DNA of 38,566 nt, from positions 1 to 38,566 of the forward strand of contig NBMI01000153.1 of NCBI GenBank assembly GCA_002085445.1, in the 5' to 3' direction. Below, one piece after another: positions 9,406 to 18,064 of the stretch. The notes under the pieces were generated by a model. The model did no database searches and had not been told where the DNA came from. It saw only the letters and a list, made by a program, of their open reading frames with translations. Positions within the stretch are counted from its first letter, which is position 1; every line of letters begins with the position of its first letter. The position numbers and the translations under genes are program-made. The stretch comes from Candidatus Parabeggiatoa sp. nov. 2. GTDB lineage: Bacteria; Pseudomonadota; Gammaproteobacteria; Beggiatoales; Beggiatoaceae.

Positions 9406-9905
9406 GTATTAAGTACAACGAATTCCGCGGATAAACGAATTGATATTGGGAATTACAATCTGTTTGCGGAGCAAACCTGAATGGGTTCCTACGCAGAGCG
9501 TCAATAATTAATGATTAATGATTAATGATTAATGATTAATGAATTAAAGAATAGTTAACTTGTTGTTTTTAAAATAATAAAACTGAAGCGGAATAAAAAT
9601 TGGATCAAGTTTTAGAACCAAAGGAACCTCCTTTTCATCACCCCAGGAGGAGCGTGAAAATACCCATAGATTTTTTTTAACGTTTTTCATTTTGTGTGGG
9701 TATTTTATTTAGCCACAACTCCCTTAGTAGTGTTTGTAGTGTTTGTAGTGTTTGTAGTAGGCTTGTAATTGCCTTAACGAGATTAAGTTGCTAAAGCAAC
9801 TACTGCAAACAAGCAAGATTAAGTTGCTAAAGCAACTACTACAATCGTCATTCGTTTATCCGCGTAATTCGTTGTACTATTCATCATTCGTCTATCCGCG
9901 CTTCT
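9404..9905. repeat. Composite intergenic repeat block: family B units (9404..9455, 9845..9905), the tgcggagcaaacctgaatgggttcctacgcag repeat (also at 7445..7493), (TAATGAT)n, (TAGTGTTTG)x3 and two copies of gattaagttgctaaagcaactact
   Basis: Direct string matches to other loci in the window. Confidence 0.8.
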
Positions 9906-9969
9906 GTCATTGTACTACTTTAATCTTCATTTTTCATTTTTCATTACTATACCGATGAGGAGGACTCCG

Positions 9970-11592
9970 ATGCAAAACCTATTCAAGTCCTTGATTTTAT
10001 TGTTAACGCTAGCGATTTTGGTGAACGGTTGTAGTACGGAAAGTCCGCTTGTCAAAAGCGTCGCCTCACCTGGGCATGTTCCATCTTCGGGAGATGCAGA
10101 TGGATTTCTCATTGTGGACTGTCTCTTGCCTAGCCAAGTGCGTCAGTTGGAACCGGGTACCATTTCTCTTACGCAGCGCCGCCCCATTAAAACTTCTATC
10201 TCGGACTGTGAAATTCGTGGCGGCGAATATGTAGTTCAGGATCGTAGTGATTATGCCGCTGCCTTAAAAGTGTGGCTTGCCAAAGCCAAAGCTGGTGATC
10301 CCAAAGCCCAAACCTATGTCGGTGAAATTTATGAAAAGGGTTTGGGTGTTCCACCCGATTACGAAAAGGCTGCCCAATGGTATCAAAAAGCGGCCGCACA
10401 GGGATATGCCAGCGCCCAAATGGATTTAGGCTTTTTGTATGAAAGAGGCCTTGGAGTCAAACAGGATTCTGCGATGGCCGAAAAATGGTATCGTCAAGCT
10501 GCGGAATTAACCGAAGAGGCCGATATCGAGCTTGTTGCACCTACCCAGAGTAGCAACGAATGCGAAGAAGTCGCGCGTTTACGCCAAGAGCTAGAAGAAA
10601 CCAAACCGCTTGTTGCACCCGTCCAGAGTAGCAACGAATGCGAAGAAGTCGCGCGTTTACGCCAAGCGCTAGAACAAACCAAACAAAAAGTGGCCGAATT
10701 GCAAAATAAACTCCAAATGCATGAACGTGGCGCAAAACGGCGGCACTCCAAGAACAAGCGGCGAGAGACTGGCTCAAACAAGTTACCGTTGGGAACTTAC
10801 CACGCCTTGATCATTGGCAATAACCAGTACCAACATTTGTCGAAATTAAAAACGGCCGTCAATGATGCCAAGGTAGTCGATGAGTTGCTCAGAACACGTT
10901 ATGGCTATAAAACGACGGTGTTGCTGAATGCGAATCGCTATCAAATCCTTAATGCACTCAACCAATTACGCCAGCGCCTGACTGAAAAGGATAATCTGCT
11001 GATTTATTACGGTGGGCACGGTGAATTGGATGAAGTCAATCAGCGTGGGCACTGGTTGGCAGTGGATGCCGAACCGGACAGTACCGCAAATTGGATTTCC
11101 AATATAACCATCACAGACATACTTAACACGATGAGTAGCAAGCATATTTTAGTCGTATCGGACTCTTGCTATTCAGGGACAATGACGCGCTCGTCGCTGA
11201 CGCGCTTAGAAGCGGGGATGACACCAGAAAAACACCTTAAATGGATAAAGAAGATGTTAAAGAAACAGTCGCGCACCGCATTAACGTCTGGTGGTATCAA
11301 GCCGGTGTTAGACACCGGTGGTGGACAACATTCCATTTTTGCCAAAGCGTTTATAGACACTTTGGAAAATAATACTGAAATCATGGCCGCTTACAAGGTA
11401 TATCGACAAGTGGCGGCGTTGGTGAATGATGCGGCGGCGGCAACTCGTTTTGATCAGGTGCCAGAATATGCGCCAATCCGGTATGCTAAGCATGAAGCCG
11501 GAGAATTTTTCTTTGTGCCGAAGGGGGCATCCACCAAAATAGCTGTTTTGGGCACTGATGCTGGAGTCCAAACCTTTAGGTTTGGGCTTTAA
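9970..11592 (+). CDS. Lipoprotein with Sel1/TPR-like repeats, a duplicated 26-aa linker repeat and a C-terminal caspase-like (peptidase C14) domain
   Basis: Preferred start ATG 9970 after RBS gaggagg; the longer ORF from 9910 lacks an RBS. Signal peptide plus lipobox LLLTLAILVNGC. Three Sel1-like repeats. Caspase core ALIIGNNQY...NDA...LLIYYGGHGE (catalytic His-Gly) ...KHILVVSDSCYSG (catalytic Cys). A 78-bp in-frame duplication at 10530..10690. Confidence 0.85.
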   Translation: MQNLFKSLILLLTLAILVNGCSTESPLVKSVASPGHVPSSGDADGFLIVDCLLPSQVRQLEPGTISLTQRRPIKTSISDCEIRGGEYVVQDRSDYAAALKVWLAKAKAGDPKAQTYVGEIYEKGLGVPPDYEKAAQWYQKAAAQGYASAQMDLGFLYERGLGVKQDSAMAEKWYRQAAELTEEADIELVAPTQSSNECEEVARLRQELEETKPLVAPVQSSNECEEVARLRQALEQTKQKVAELQNKLQMHERGAKRRHSKNKRRETGSNKLPLGTYHALIIGNNQYQHLSKLKTAVNDAKVVDELLRTRYGYKTTVLLNANRYQILNALNQLRQRLTEKDNLLIYYGGHGELDEVNQRGHWLAVDAEPDSTANWISNITITDILNTMSSKHILVVSDSCYSGTMTRSSLTRLEAGMTPEKHLKWIKKMLKKQSRTALTSGGIKPVLDTGGGQHSIFAKAFIDTLENNTEIMAAYKVYRQVAALVNDAAAATRFDQVPEYAPIRYAKHEAGEFFFVPKGASTKIAVLGTDAGVQTFRFGL

Positions 11593-11655
11593 AAATCCTC
11601 TAAAAGTACTGATGCTGGAGTCCAAACCTTTAGGTTTGGATTCGCCAAAGCTAAA
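11557..11655. repeat. REP-like palindromic units (CTGGAGTCCAAACCTTTAGGTTTGG) x2 that overlap the 3' end of the caspase gene
   Basis: Hairpin ccaaacctttaggtttgg twice; same family as 4631, 8018, 21592 and 23755. Confidence 0.85.
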
Positions 11656-11799
11656 GCTTTGGAAGGAATGCGAGTGCTTGGATGAGCGAGCGGCCCCCGG
11701 CGCAAGTCTGGGGTTGACGATAGACAACCAAACGGTGAAATCATTGACTTTGACGCTAGGCGCTCAAGCGGACTATACAATGAGCTAATCATGGGGCAT

Positions 11800-12400
11800 A
11801 CTAATCATTCATGCCAACTTGGATTTTGTGCCTGTTCTCAGTTATCAGTGTTCACTGATCATTTTTTTTCAGTGTTCACTGATCAGTTTTCAGTTTTCAG
11901 TGATCTGTTCTCAGTGAAAAGTGTAAACTGATAACTGAAACATAACTCTGATAACTGATCAAGAAGTGTTACTCTGTGTACCTGAAGTGATCTCTGTGTA
12001 TTTGATAACTGATAAGAATCGACGAAAAAATCCAAAACACACCCCCAACCCCTCTATCGATGTGAGTCAAGCCGAAGTAAGTCCCTTTACGTCGGGGATT
12101 TAGGGGTGTGTTAAATCGTCGCTGATCCTAATTGATAACTGATCACTTATAACTGAAAAACTGAAAACTGATCACTGATTGTTGATCTCTGAAAACTGAT
12201 CTAGGACTTACGCATTGACAAACTTAAATTTTTGTATTCACGATTAATATCAATGAGTTATGAATATTCTACCCGTGGCTAAATTGATGAAAATTGCCCA
12301 AAAACCCTTGTATTTAAAAGGAATCATAAATATTTTAATCTGTCAATGCGTAAGTCCTATTCTCAGTGATAACTGATCAGTGATAACTGATCTGTGAATA
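11800..12400. repeat. Low-complexity and inverted-repeat region (GATAACTGA/CAGTGATCAG motifs; a 10-bp-stem hairpin at 12040..12120; 17-bp inverted repeats ggacttacgcattgaca at 12207 and 12336)
   Basis: Read directly; the gacttacgcattgaca motif recurs at 14213, 14608 and 14720. Confidence 0.7.
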
Positions 12401-12417
12401 AAAAAAAGGAGAATCTT

Positions 12418-12732
12418 GTGATTTTAACGACACTAGAAGGCGTTCCGGGTAAAACCATTGTGGAACATTACGGCCTGGCACAGGGCAGTACGATTCGAGC
12501 CAAACACATTGGCAAAGACATCATGGCGAGCTTAAAAAATCTTGTGGGTGGCGAACTGAAGGCATACACCGAATTGTTGCAAGAGTCTCGTCAAGAGGCC
12601 GTTGAGCGTATGGTTCAGCAAGCCGAAGAATTGGGGGCTAATGCGGTGGTTAATATCCGTTTTGCGACATCCTCGGTGGCTCAAGGGGCCGCGGAACTTT
12701 TTGCGTATGGTACAGCTGTTAAGGTGGAATAG
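12418..12732 (+). CDS. ybjQ: YbjQ/UPF0145 (DUF74) family protein
   Basis: ILTTLEGVPGKTIVEHYGLAQGSTIRAKHIGKDIMASLKNLVGGELKAYTELLQESRQEAVERMVQQAEELGANAVVNIRF is a canonical YbjQ fold sequence. The GTG start at 12418 sits behind RBS aaggag; the ORF track starts 24 nt earlier at 12394. Confidence 0.8.
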   Translation: MILTTLEGVPGKTIVEHYGLAQGSTIRAKHIGKDIMASLKNLVGGELKAYTELLQESRQEAVERMVQQAEELGANAVVNIRFATSSVAQGAAELFAYGTAVKVE

Positions 12733-12734
12733 CG

Positions 12735-13187
12735 ATGGATGGTTTGGAAATTCTCATTTTTCTGTTTTTGCTTATACTTGGTTATTTCTCAGGGACTTAC
12801 TTTGAGAAACGCCATTATAAAAGTATCCGAGAGCGAGAGCGTAAAACGCTGCATGTCCCCATGGTGACTTTCGGCGCTAAGCAGTCATTGCCAGAGGCGC
12901 AAGATGCCCAGTTGTTTGTTGGCAGTGTTGTCATTTCGGTTGACTACTTTAAAATGATTTCGGCCACGTTGCGAAATTTAGTCGGAGGCCGAGTCATGGT
13001 TTATGAAAGTCTGCTAGATCGAGGGCGTAGAGAGGCCCTGTTGCGGATGAAGGAGGAAGCGATGGCGTGGGGTGCTAATCAAATTATGAATGTGCGGTTG
13101 GAAACCGCCGCGATAGGGGGCCGCTCAGGTAATAACAGTGGCCCAGGTTCGGTTGAAGTGATTGCGTATGGCACGGGAATTCGTTAG
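12735..13187 (+). CDS. Membrane-anchored YbjQ-like (DUF74) protein
   Basis: N-terminal TM helix LEILIFLFLLILGYF, then a second DUF74-like domain (SATLRNLVGGRVMVYESLLDRGRREALLRMKEEAMAWGANQIMNVRLE). Start is 3 nt after the upstream stop. Confidence 0.75.
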   Translation: MDGLEILIFLFLLILGYFSGTYFEKRHYKSIRERERKTLHVPMVTFGAKQSLPEAQDAQLFVGSVVISVDYFKMISATLRNLVGGRVMVYESLLDRGRREALLRMKEEAMAWGANQIMNVRLETAAIGGRSGNNSGPGSVEVIAYGTGIR

Positions 13188-14075
13188 ATGTTCATAAGAT
13201 ATAAACAACCGAAAAAACCGCCTGAAGGAAACGTAATTAAGCACAGTCCACTGCTTAATTTTGCCTATTTGTTGGGCACGGTGGTAATCATCAGTGCAGT
13301 GATTTTCGTGGCGCTAGGATTTTTCGCGGATTGGCTGGCTGTCAGGATAAGTCCTGAAACAGAGCGCAAAATTGGTGATATGTTGTTCCACACCATTTCA
13401 GACGAAGAAATTGTGGACGACAAGCGTATCCAATATCTTGAGGAACTCTTGGAGTCCTTGCCTGAATCAGGAGAAACGACTCGTCTGCCCTTGACGATTC
13501 ATTTAATTAAGAGTGATGTCGTCAATGCCGCCATTATGGCGGGGGGACATGTTTTCATTCATACGGCGCTGCTGGAGGCGGTGGAATCGGAAAATGAACT
13601 GGCTTTTGTGCTGGCACATGAATTGGGGCATTTTCAAAACCATGATCCCACCAAAAGTTTAGGGCGTTCACTGGTTTTTCTTGTGGCTTCAATGGCACTC
13701 GGCATTGGCACATCGGAATCCGGGGGGGTGCCGGATATTGTTTTTCGGACTGGAGAACTGACCAGTCTGAGCTATAGTAGAAAGCAAGAAAGGGCGGCTG
13801 ATCTTTATGGTTTGTCTAGGGCCATTAACCGCTATGGACATGGAAGCCATAGCCTTGATTTCTTTAAGCGGCTTGAAGAGGAGGAACAGGAACAAGGGCG
13901 CTTGCTCAAAGTGTCTCAATATTTCTCAACTCATCCCCTGAGCAAGGATCGGATCGTCATCCTCAACAAGGCCGCGGCCGAAAAAGGATGGAAAATGGAA
14001 GGAGATGCCAAGCCTTTGCCAGAATGGTTGCATTGTCCAAATATGGAAGAATGCGAGCCGGACGCGGAGGAATAG
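13188..14075 (+). CDS. M48-family zinc metallopeptidase (HtpX-like), membrane-anchored
   Basis: HEXXH motif in FVLAHELGHFQNHD. N-terminal TM helix. The start overlaps the upstream stop (TAGATG). Confidence 0.8.
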   Translation: MFIRYKQPKKPPEGNVIKHSPLLNFAYLLGTVVIISAVIFVALGFFADWLAVRISPETERKIGDMLFHTISDEEIVDDKRIQYLEELLESLPESGETTRLPLTIHLIKSDVVNAAIMAGGHVFIHTALLEAVESENELAFVLAHELGHFQNHDPTKSLGRSLVFLVASMALGIGTSESGGVPDIVFRTGELTSLSYSRKQERAADLYGLSRAINRYGHGSHSLDFFKRLEEEEQEQGRLLKVSQYFSTHPLSKDRIVILNKAAAEKGWKMEGDAKPLPEWLHCPNMEECEPDAEE

Positions 14076-14077
14076 GA

Positions 14078-14123
14078 ATTGGTAATTGATAATTGGTAAT
14101 TGGTCATTGGTAATTGGTCATTG
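14078..14123. repeat. (TAATTGG)n-type heptamer array
   Basis: ggtaattgataattggtaattggtcattggtaattggtcattg. Confidence 0.85.
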
Positions 14124-14199
14124 CGAATAGACTAAGCACGTTTACAATTTGAAACTTATCTGCGGAAGCGGAAGTTACTTCGTAACGCGTGAATCAGTG

Positions 14200-14745
14200 G
14201 AGCGAAGCGATATCTATGACTTACGCATTGACAAAATAAATTAATTTAGTTTTCAGTTAGTTATGTCTCAAAGGCCGAGGCCTTTACTGCTTCAGTTATA
14301 CTGAAAGTACAACTTCTTTTAGGAATAAACGGATTTTTAGGATTTGAAATTTGAGTTGAAAATCTGCTATAGATTTTCAGATAATTATTTTTTAGTCCCC
14401 TTTAGGGGACTTTCGCTTTCAGTGTTGGCTGTTTTGAACTTATTTTTATGAAAATCTATAGCTTGCTAATTCAATAGTTATCCCATTTTCACCTTTTTCA
14501 AGTACGTTCCGTATATTTAAATAAAATCAATTGGTAGCAAAAACTTTTGCCTTGTGCGGGGTTTCAGACACCCCGCCGATCTATTTAATTGGTAATAGCG
14601 AATAGGTTAGGACTTACGCATTGAAAAAATAAATTTAGTGAGTATTCAATCAGTTACGTCTAAAAGGCCCAGGCCGTTATTTGTAAATTTTCAATAAAAT
14701 CAAGTGGTTAGTTTGCTGAGTGCGTAAGTCCTATAGGTTAAAAAA
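14200..14745. repeat. Intergenic block with gacttacgcattgaca-family units (14213, 14608; inverted partial at 14720) and an agtcccctttaggggact hairpin element (14385..14440)
   Basis: String matches. The hairpin element recurs inverted at 17790..17860 and in variant form at 20258..20320 and 23810..23860. Confidence 0.75.
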
Positions 14746-15082
14746 AAACTTGCCAATTCGGAACGAATCGTTTATCATCACGCGCCTTCACTGAGAAGGG
14801 ACATATTTTGGATATCCCCCCATTTTCCCCCCTTTTAGGGGAGGCAAGGAGATTTAGGGATTTCGTTCCCCCTTTGAAAAAAGCTAATCTGTACCCACAA
14901 CTCAGTATGTCATTGAAAATGATATTTTTTTTCAATGATGTGTCAGTGGTTAATAACTGACTATTGGAAATTAAGTGATTGAATTAATTAGCTTATGTAA
15001 TAATTAGCTTTTGTAATTATTAACAATTAATTATTAATTAAAAAGGGGGCTAGGGGGATTTTTTTTTTAAATCACATACCCC

Positions 15083-15110
15083 TTGACACGCTCATTCTAG
15101 TTGGTAAAAT
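15083..15110 (+). promoter_or_regulatory. Candidate sigma70 promoter for the tRNA operon (TTGACA-16 nt-TAAAAT) with an AT-rich UP-like tract upstream
   Basis: Consensus -35 at 15083..15088 and near-consensus -10 at 15105..15110, about 17 nt upstream of the first tRNA. Confidence 0.5.
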
Positions 15111-15126
15111 AGCATCCGTTCTTGAT

Positions 15127-15202
<76 letters not shown>

Positions 15203-15234
15203 AATTGAACTAAACTAATAGTTAATTGTTTTAT

Positions 15235-15310
<76 letters not shown>

Positions 15311-15329
15311 ATATTTTATTTTCCGATAC

Positions 15330-15404
15330 TGGCTGAGTGGCAGAGTGGTCATGCAGCGGTTTGCAAAACCGTGTACGTCGGTTCAATTCCGGCCTCAGCC
15401 TCCA
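15330..15404 (+). tRNA. tRNA-Cys(GCA)
   Basis: Acceptor ggctgag/ctcagcc; anticodon stem gcggt/accgt with loop ttGCAaa; T-arm gtcgg-ttcaatt-ccggc; CCA encoded. Confidence 0.88.
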
Positions 15405-15417
15405 ATTTAATCCTTAT

Positions 15418-15826
15418 GCCCGGGTGGCGAAATTTGGTAGACGCAAGGGACTTAAACTAATTTGAGCACCTAAGGCGAAATCTTTAGGTGAATGGAGTCT
15501 AATTCGGTGAAACCTGTCAAATGGCAACGCCGAGCTAAGCTCAATTCAGTAACAGGCTAGGGGTTCCCCTTTCCCTTTCCCTTTCCCCTTTCCCCTTTCC
15601 CATGGCCTTTTGCTGAGTTGAGAAAGTGTAGAGACCATACGGCTCCTGCCTTAGTAAATGCCTCTCTCCCCTGAAGGAAATTTTATAGGCAAAGACAGGG
15701 TCCAGACCACAAACACATCTATTAATTGATAAATGTCAATTGATAACGTGGCAGTGAAAGCTGTAGTTGGTAAGAAAATCCCTTGGTGGAGACACCGTAC
15801 CGGTTCGAGTCCGGTCCCGGGTACCA
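15418..15826 (+). tRNA. tRNA-Leu(UAA) split by a group I intron; exons 15418..15453 and 15775..15826
   Basis: 5' exon gcccgggtggcgaaatttggtagacgcaagggactt ends at U34. 3' exon aaaatcccttggtggagacaccgtaccggttcgagtccggtcccgggtacca restores the loop cttAAaa, a long variable arm, the T-arm and CCA. Confidence 0.85.
15454..15774 (+). ncRNA. Group I (IC3-like) self-splicing intron in the tRNA-Leu(UAA) anticodon loop
   Basis: Inserted between U34 and A35 and ends with G. Intron 5' end aaactaatttgagcacctaaggcgaaatctttaggtgaatgg, the P4/P5-like segment ggtgaaacctgtcaaatggcaacgccgagctaagctc and the P7-like segment gtagagaccatacgg closely parallel the cyanobacterial/plastid tRNA-Leu intron. Contains a (CCCTTT)n microsatellite at 15563..15601. 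Confidence 0.8.
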
Positions 15827-15902
15827 TTCATTTTCCCTCTTAATTATTTTCCTTCCTTAATTAAATGTGGGGACGGCAAACAAGAGTTGATAGATTATTC
15901 TA

Positions 15903-15999
15903 AATGTACACCGCACATTTTGGGCTAAATGCAGCCCCATTTTCTATCCTAAATGTACACCGCACATTTTGGGCTAAATGCAGCCCCATTTTCTATCAC
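15903..15999. repeat. 49-bp tandem duplication x2 that includes the exeA start codon and its first 15 codons
   Basis: ctaaatgtacaccgcacattttgggctaaatgcagccccattttctatc occurs twice in tandem; only the second copy is in frame with the gene body. Confidence 0.9.
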
Positions 16000-17554
16000 G
16001 CCTGATCCACATTACCTCTATTTAAGTGTACGCCACCGCGAGGCCTTGGCGCATTTGTTGTATGGTGTCAACGAAGGCCCCGGTTTTGTGTTGCTCACTG
16101 GCGAAGTCGGCACGGGTAAAACAACGCTGTGTCGTAGTCTGATTGAACAACTTCCTGATACGGTCGATGTCGCGTTGTTGCTCAACCCGCGACTGACGCC
16201 TGTGGAGTTGTTGGCGGCCTTGTTTGATGAGTTAAGAATTAGCTACGACTCACAATATACCCTCAAAGATTTTCTTGACACACTCAATAGCTATTTACTC
16301 ACGGCCCATGCCGTAGGTCGTCGCACGGTACTTATCATTGATGAGGCACAAAATCTCAGCGCCGATGTGCTAGAACAAGTACGGTTATTGACCAATCTGG
16401 AAACATCGAGCCACAAACTGTTGCAAATCATTTTGGTGGGTCAACCTGAGTTAAGTAGGTCACTGAAACGCAATAATCTTCGCCAGTTGGCACAGCGCAT
16501 TACGGCGCGTTATCACCTGTTGCCCTTGTCTGCAAAAGATACCCAAGCTTATATCAATCATCGTTTAGCGATAAGTGGTGCTAAAAACCCCTTGTTTACA
16601 GATGCTGCTATGCGTCTCGTCTATCGCTATTCCAAGGGTGTGCCTCGTTTGATTAATATCATTTGTGATCGCGCCTTGTTGGGCGGATATGTCAAGAATG
16701 AGGAACAGATAGATACCCATACCGTCCGTAAAGGGGTACAAGAGGTTCGTGGCGAGAATATCAAGCGGTATTCGCCACTCGGCTGGCTAACCGGTTTGCT
16801 GGCAACCGTTTTGCTCGTTGGTGCGTTGATGTGGTGGTGGTTTCCTCCCGGCGAAGTGCCGTTGTTTGAATCTTTGTTTGAAAATTCTGCCACACCGCCG
16901 CAGGCAGAGTTATCTTTGTCATCGCACGAAGACATCGCTCCTCCTACTGAGCCAGCCAGCCCTGCAGCCCAGCAAACACCGCCGCCGACACCCGATTTGT
17001 TGAGCCTGTTGGAAAAGACCAGTACGGAATTGGCCTTTGTCACGTTGTTTGGTTTCTGGGACTTGGACTATACCAGCTTGGCGGGGAATAAAGCCTGTCA
17101 ACGTGCCGCGACGCAAGGGTTAGCGTGTCTATTAAGAACCGGTACTTGGGACGAACTTCGCCGTTTCAATCGCCCGGCCGTGATTGAATTAGTGACCAAT
17201 GAGGGCAAACAATATCATTTGGTTGTAGCACGCTTGCAAGGCGACACAGCTAGCTTGGCGATTGGGGGAGAGAGGTTTGAGTTTTCCAGCAGCGAAATTA
17301 ATAGATATTGGCTAGGACAATTTTTACTGCTTTGGCAACCACCGATGTTGCCAGTCCCGGTGATGAGAGCTGGCATCAGCAATGAACGCAGCGAGCCCCA
17401 TTTGTTATCACCGCGTTTTGATCGTGTGTTGAGACGACGAGTCATCCTGTTTCAGCGCAAACAACGACTGGCTCCCGATGGCATTGTCGGGGAGCAAACG
17501 ATGTTGGCGTTACAAGCGTTGGCCGGAGGAGGGCCGGTACTAAATCCCCCCTAA
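15953..17554 (+). CDS. exeA: ExeA/GspA-like AAA ATPase with C-terminal peptidoglycan-binding domain
   Basis: N-terminus MYTAHFGLNAAPFSITPDPHYLYLSVRHREAL; Walker A GEVGTGKT; Walker B LIIDEAQ; TM helix near aa 280; C-terminal PG_binding_1-like LAPDGIVGEQTMLALQAL. Confidence 0.85.
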   Translation: MYTAHFGLNAAPFSITPDPHYLYLSVRHREALAHLLYGVNEGPGFVLLTGEVGTGKTTLCRSLIEQLPDTVDVALLLNPRLTPVELLAALFDELRISYDSQYTLKDFLDTLNSYLLTAHAVGRRTVLIIDEAQNLSADVLEQVRLLTNLETSSHKLLQIILVGQPELSRSLKRNNLRQLAQRITARYHLLPLSAKDTQAYINHRLAISGAKNPLFTDAAMRLVYRYSKGVPRLINIICDRALLGGYVKNEEQIDTHTVRKGVQEVRGENIKRYSPLGWLTGLLATVLLVGALMWWWFPPGEVPLFESLFENSATPPQAELSLSSHEDIAPPTEPASPAAQQTPPPTPDLLSLLEKTSTELAFVTLFGFWDLDYTSLAGNKACQRAATQGLACLLRTGTWDELRRFNRPAVIELVTNEGKQYHLVVARLQGDTASLAIGGERFEFSSSEINRYWLGQFLLLWQPPMLPVPVMRAGISNERSEPHLLSPRFDRVLRRRVILFQRKQRLAPDGIVGEQTMLALQALAGGGPVLNPP

Positions 17555-17779
17555 CCCCCCTTTTTAAAAGCTTACTTTTACCCACAAGTCTTGATAATTA
17601 ATAATTAATTATTAACAATTAATTATTAATTATTAGACATTATACCGATTTAATGTAACTCATTGATTTATTTAGAATCACTCGTTAAGTGATTGCAATA
17701 AAATCAATCACATATGTTAAATCGGTATAAACTCTATTAGCGATAACAGTCACCCTCGTGGGCATTCATTAACCCCTCG

Positions 17780-17985
17780 ACTAACACTAATTTCAAAACA
17801 GCCAACACTGAAAGCGAAAGTCCCCTAAAGGGGACTAAATAATTATCTGAATATCTATAGTAGTCTGTCAATGTCCTATTGACGGGTAACAGCAGTTTTA
17901 ACTTGGCACTGCCAAACTTTCTCTGGCACTGCCAAACGTTAGTTTGGACGACTGCCAAACTAACTCCTGCCAAACTTCTTTACAC
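17780..17985. repeat. Intergenic repeat block: inverted copy of the agtcccctaaaggggact element plus REP-like ctgccaaac units
   Basis: String and reverse-complement matches to 14385..14440 and to REP family units. Confidence 0.75.
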
Positions 17986-18064
17986 TTTTCACTGATTATT
18001 GATCACTGATTATCTAAGTCAAGGGCCTTCGTTCCTAGCTCCGCTGCGCGAAGTTTTGCAGTTA

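Noticed and set aside
9910-9969. Longer N-terminus (MYYFNLHFSFF...) for the caspase lipoprotein
   Set aside because: The upstream stretch is AT-rich repeat (tcatttttcatttttcat) without an RBS; ATG 9970 follows gaggagg and gives a canonical signal peptide.
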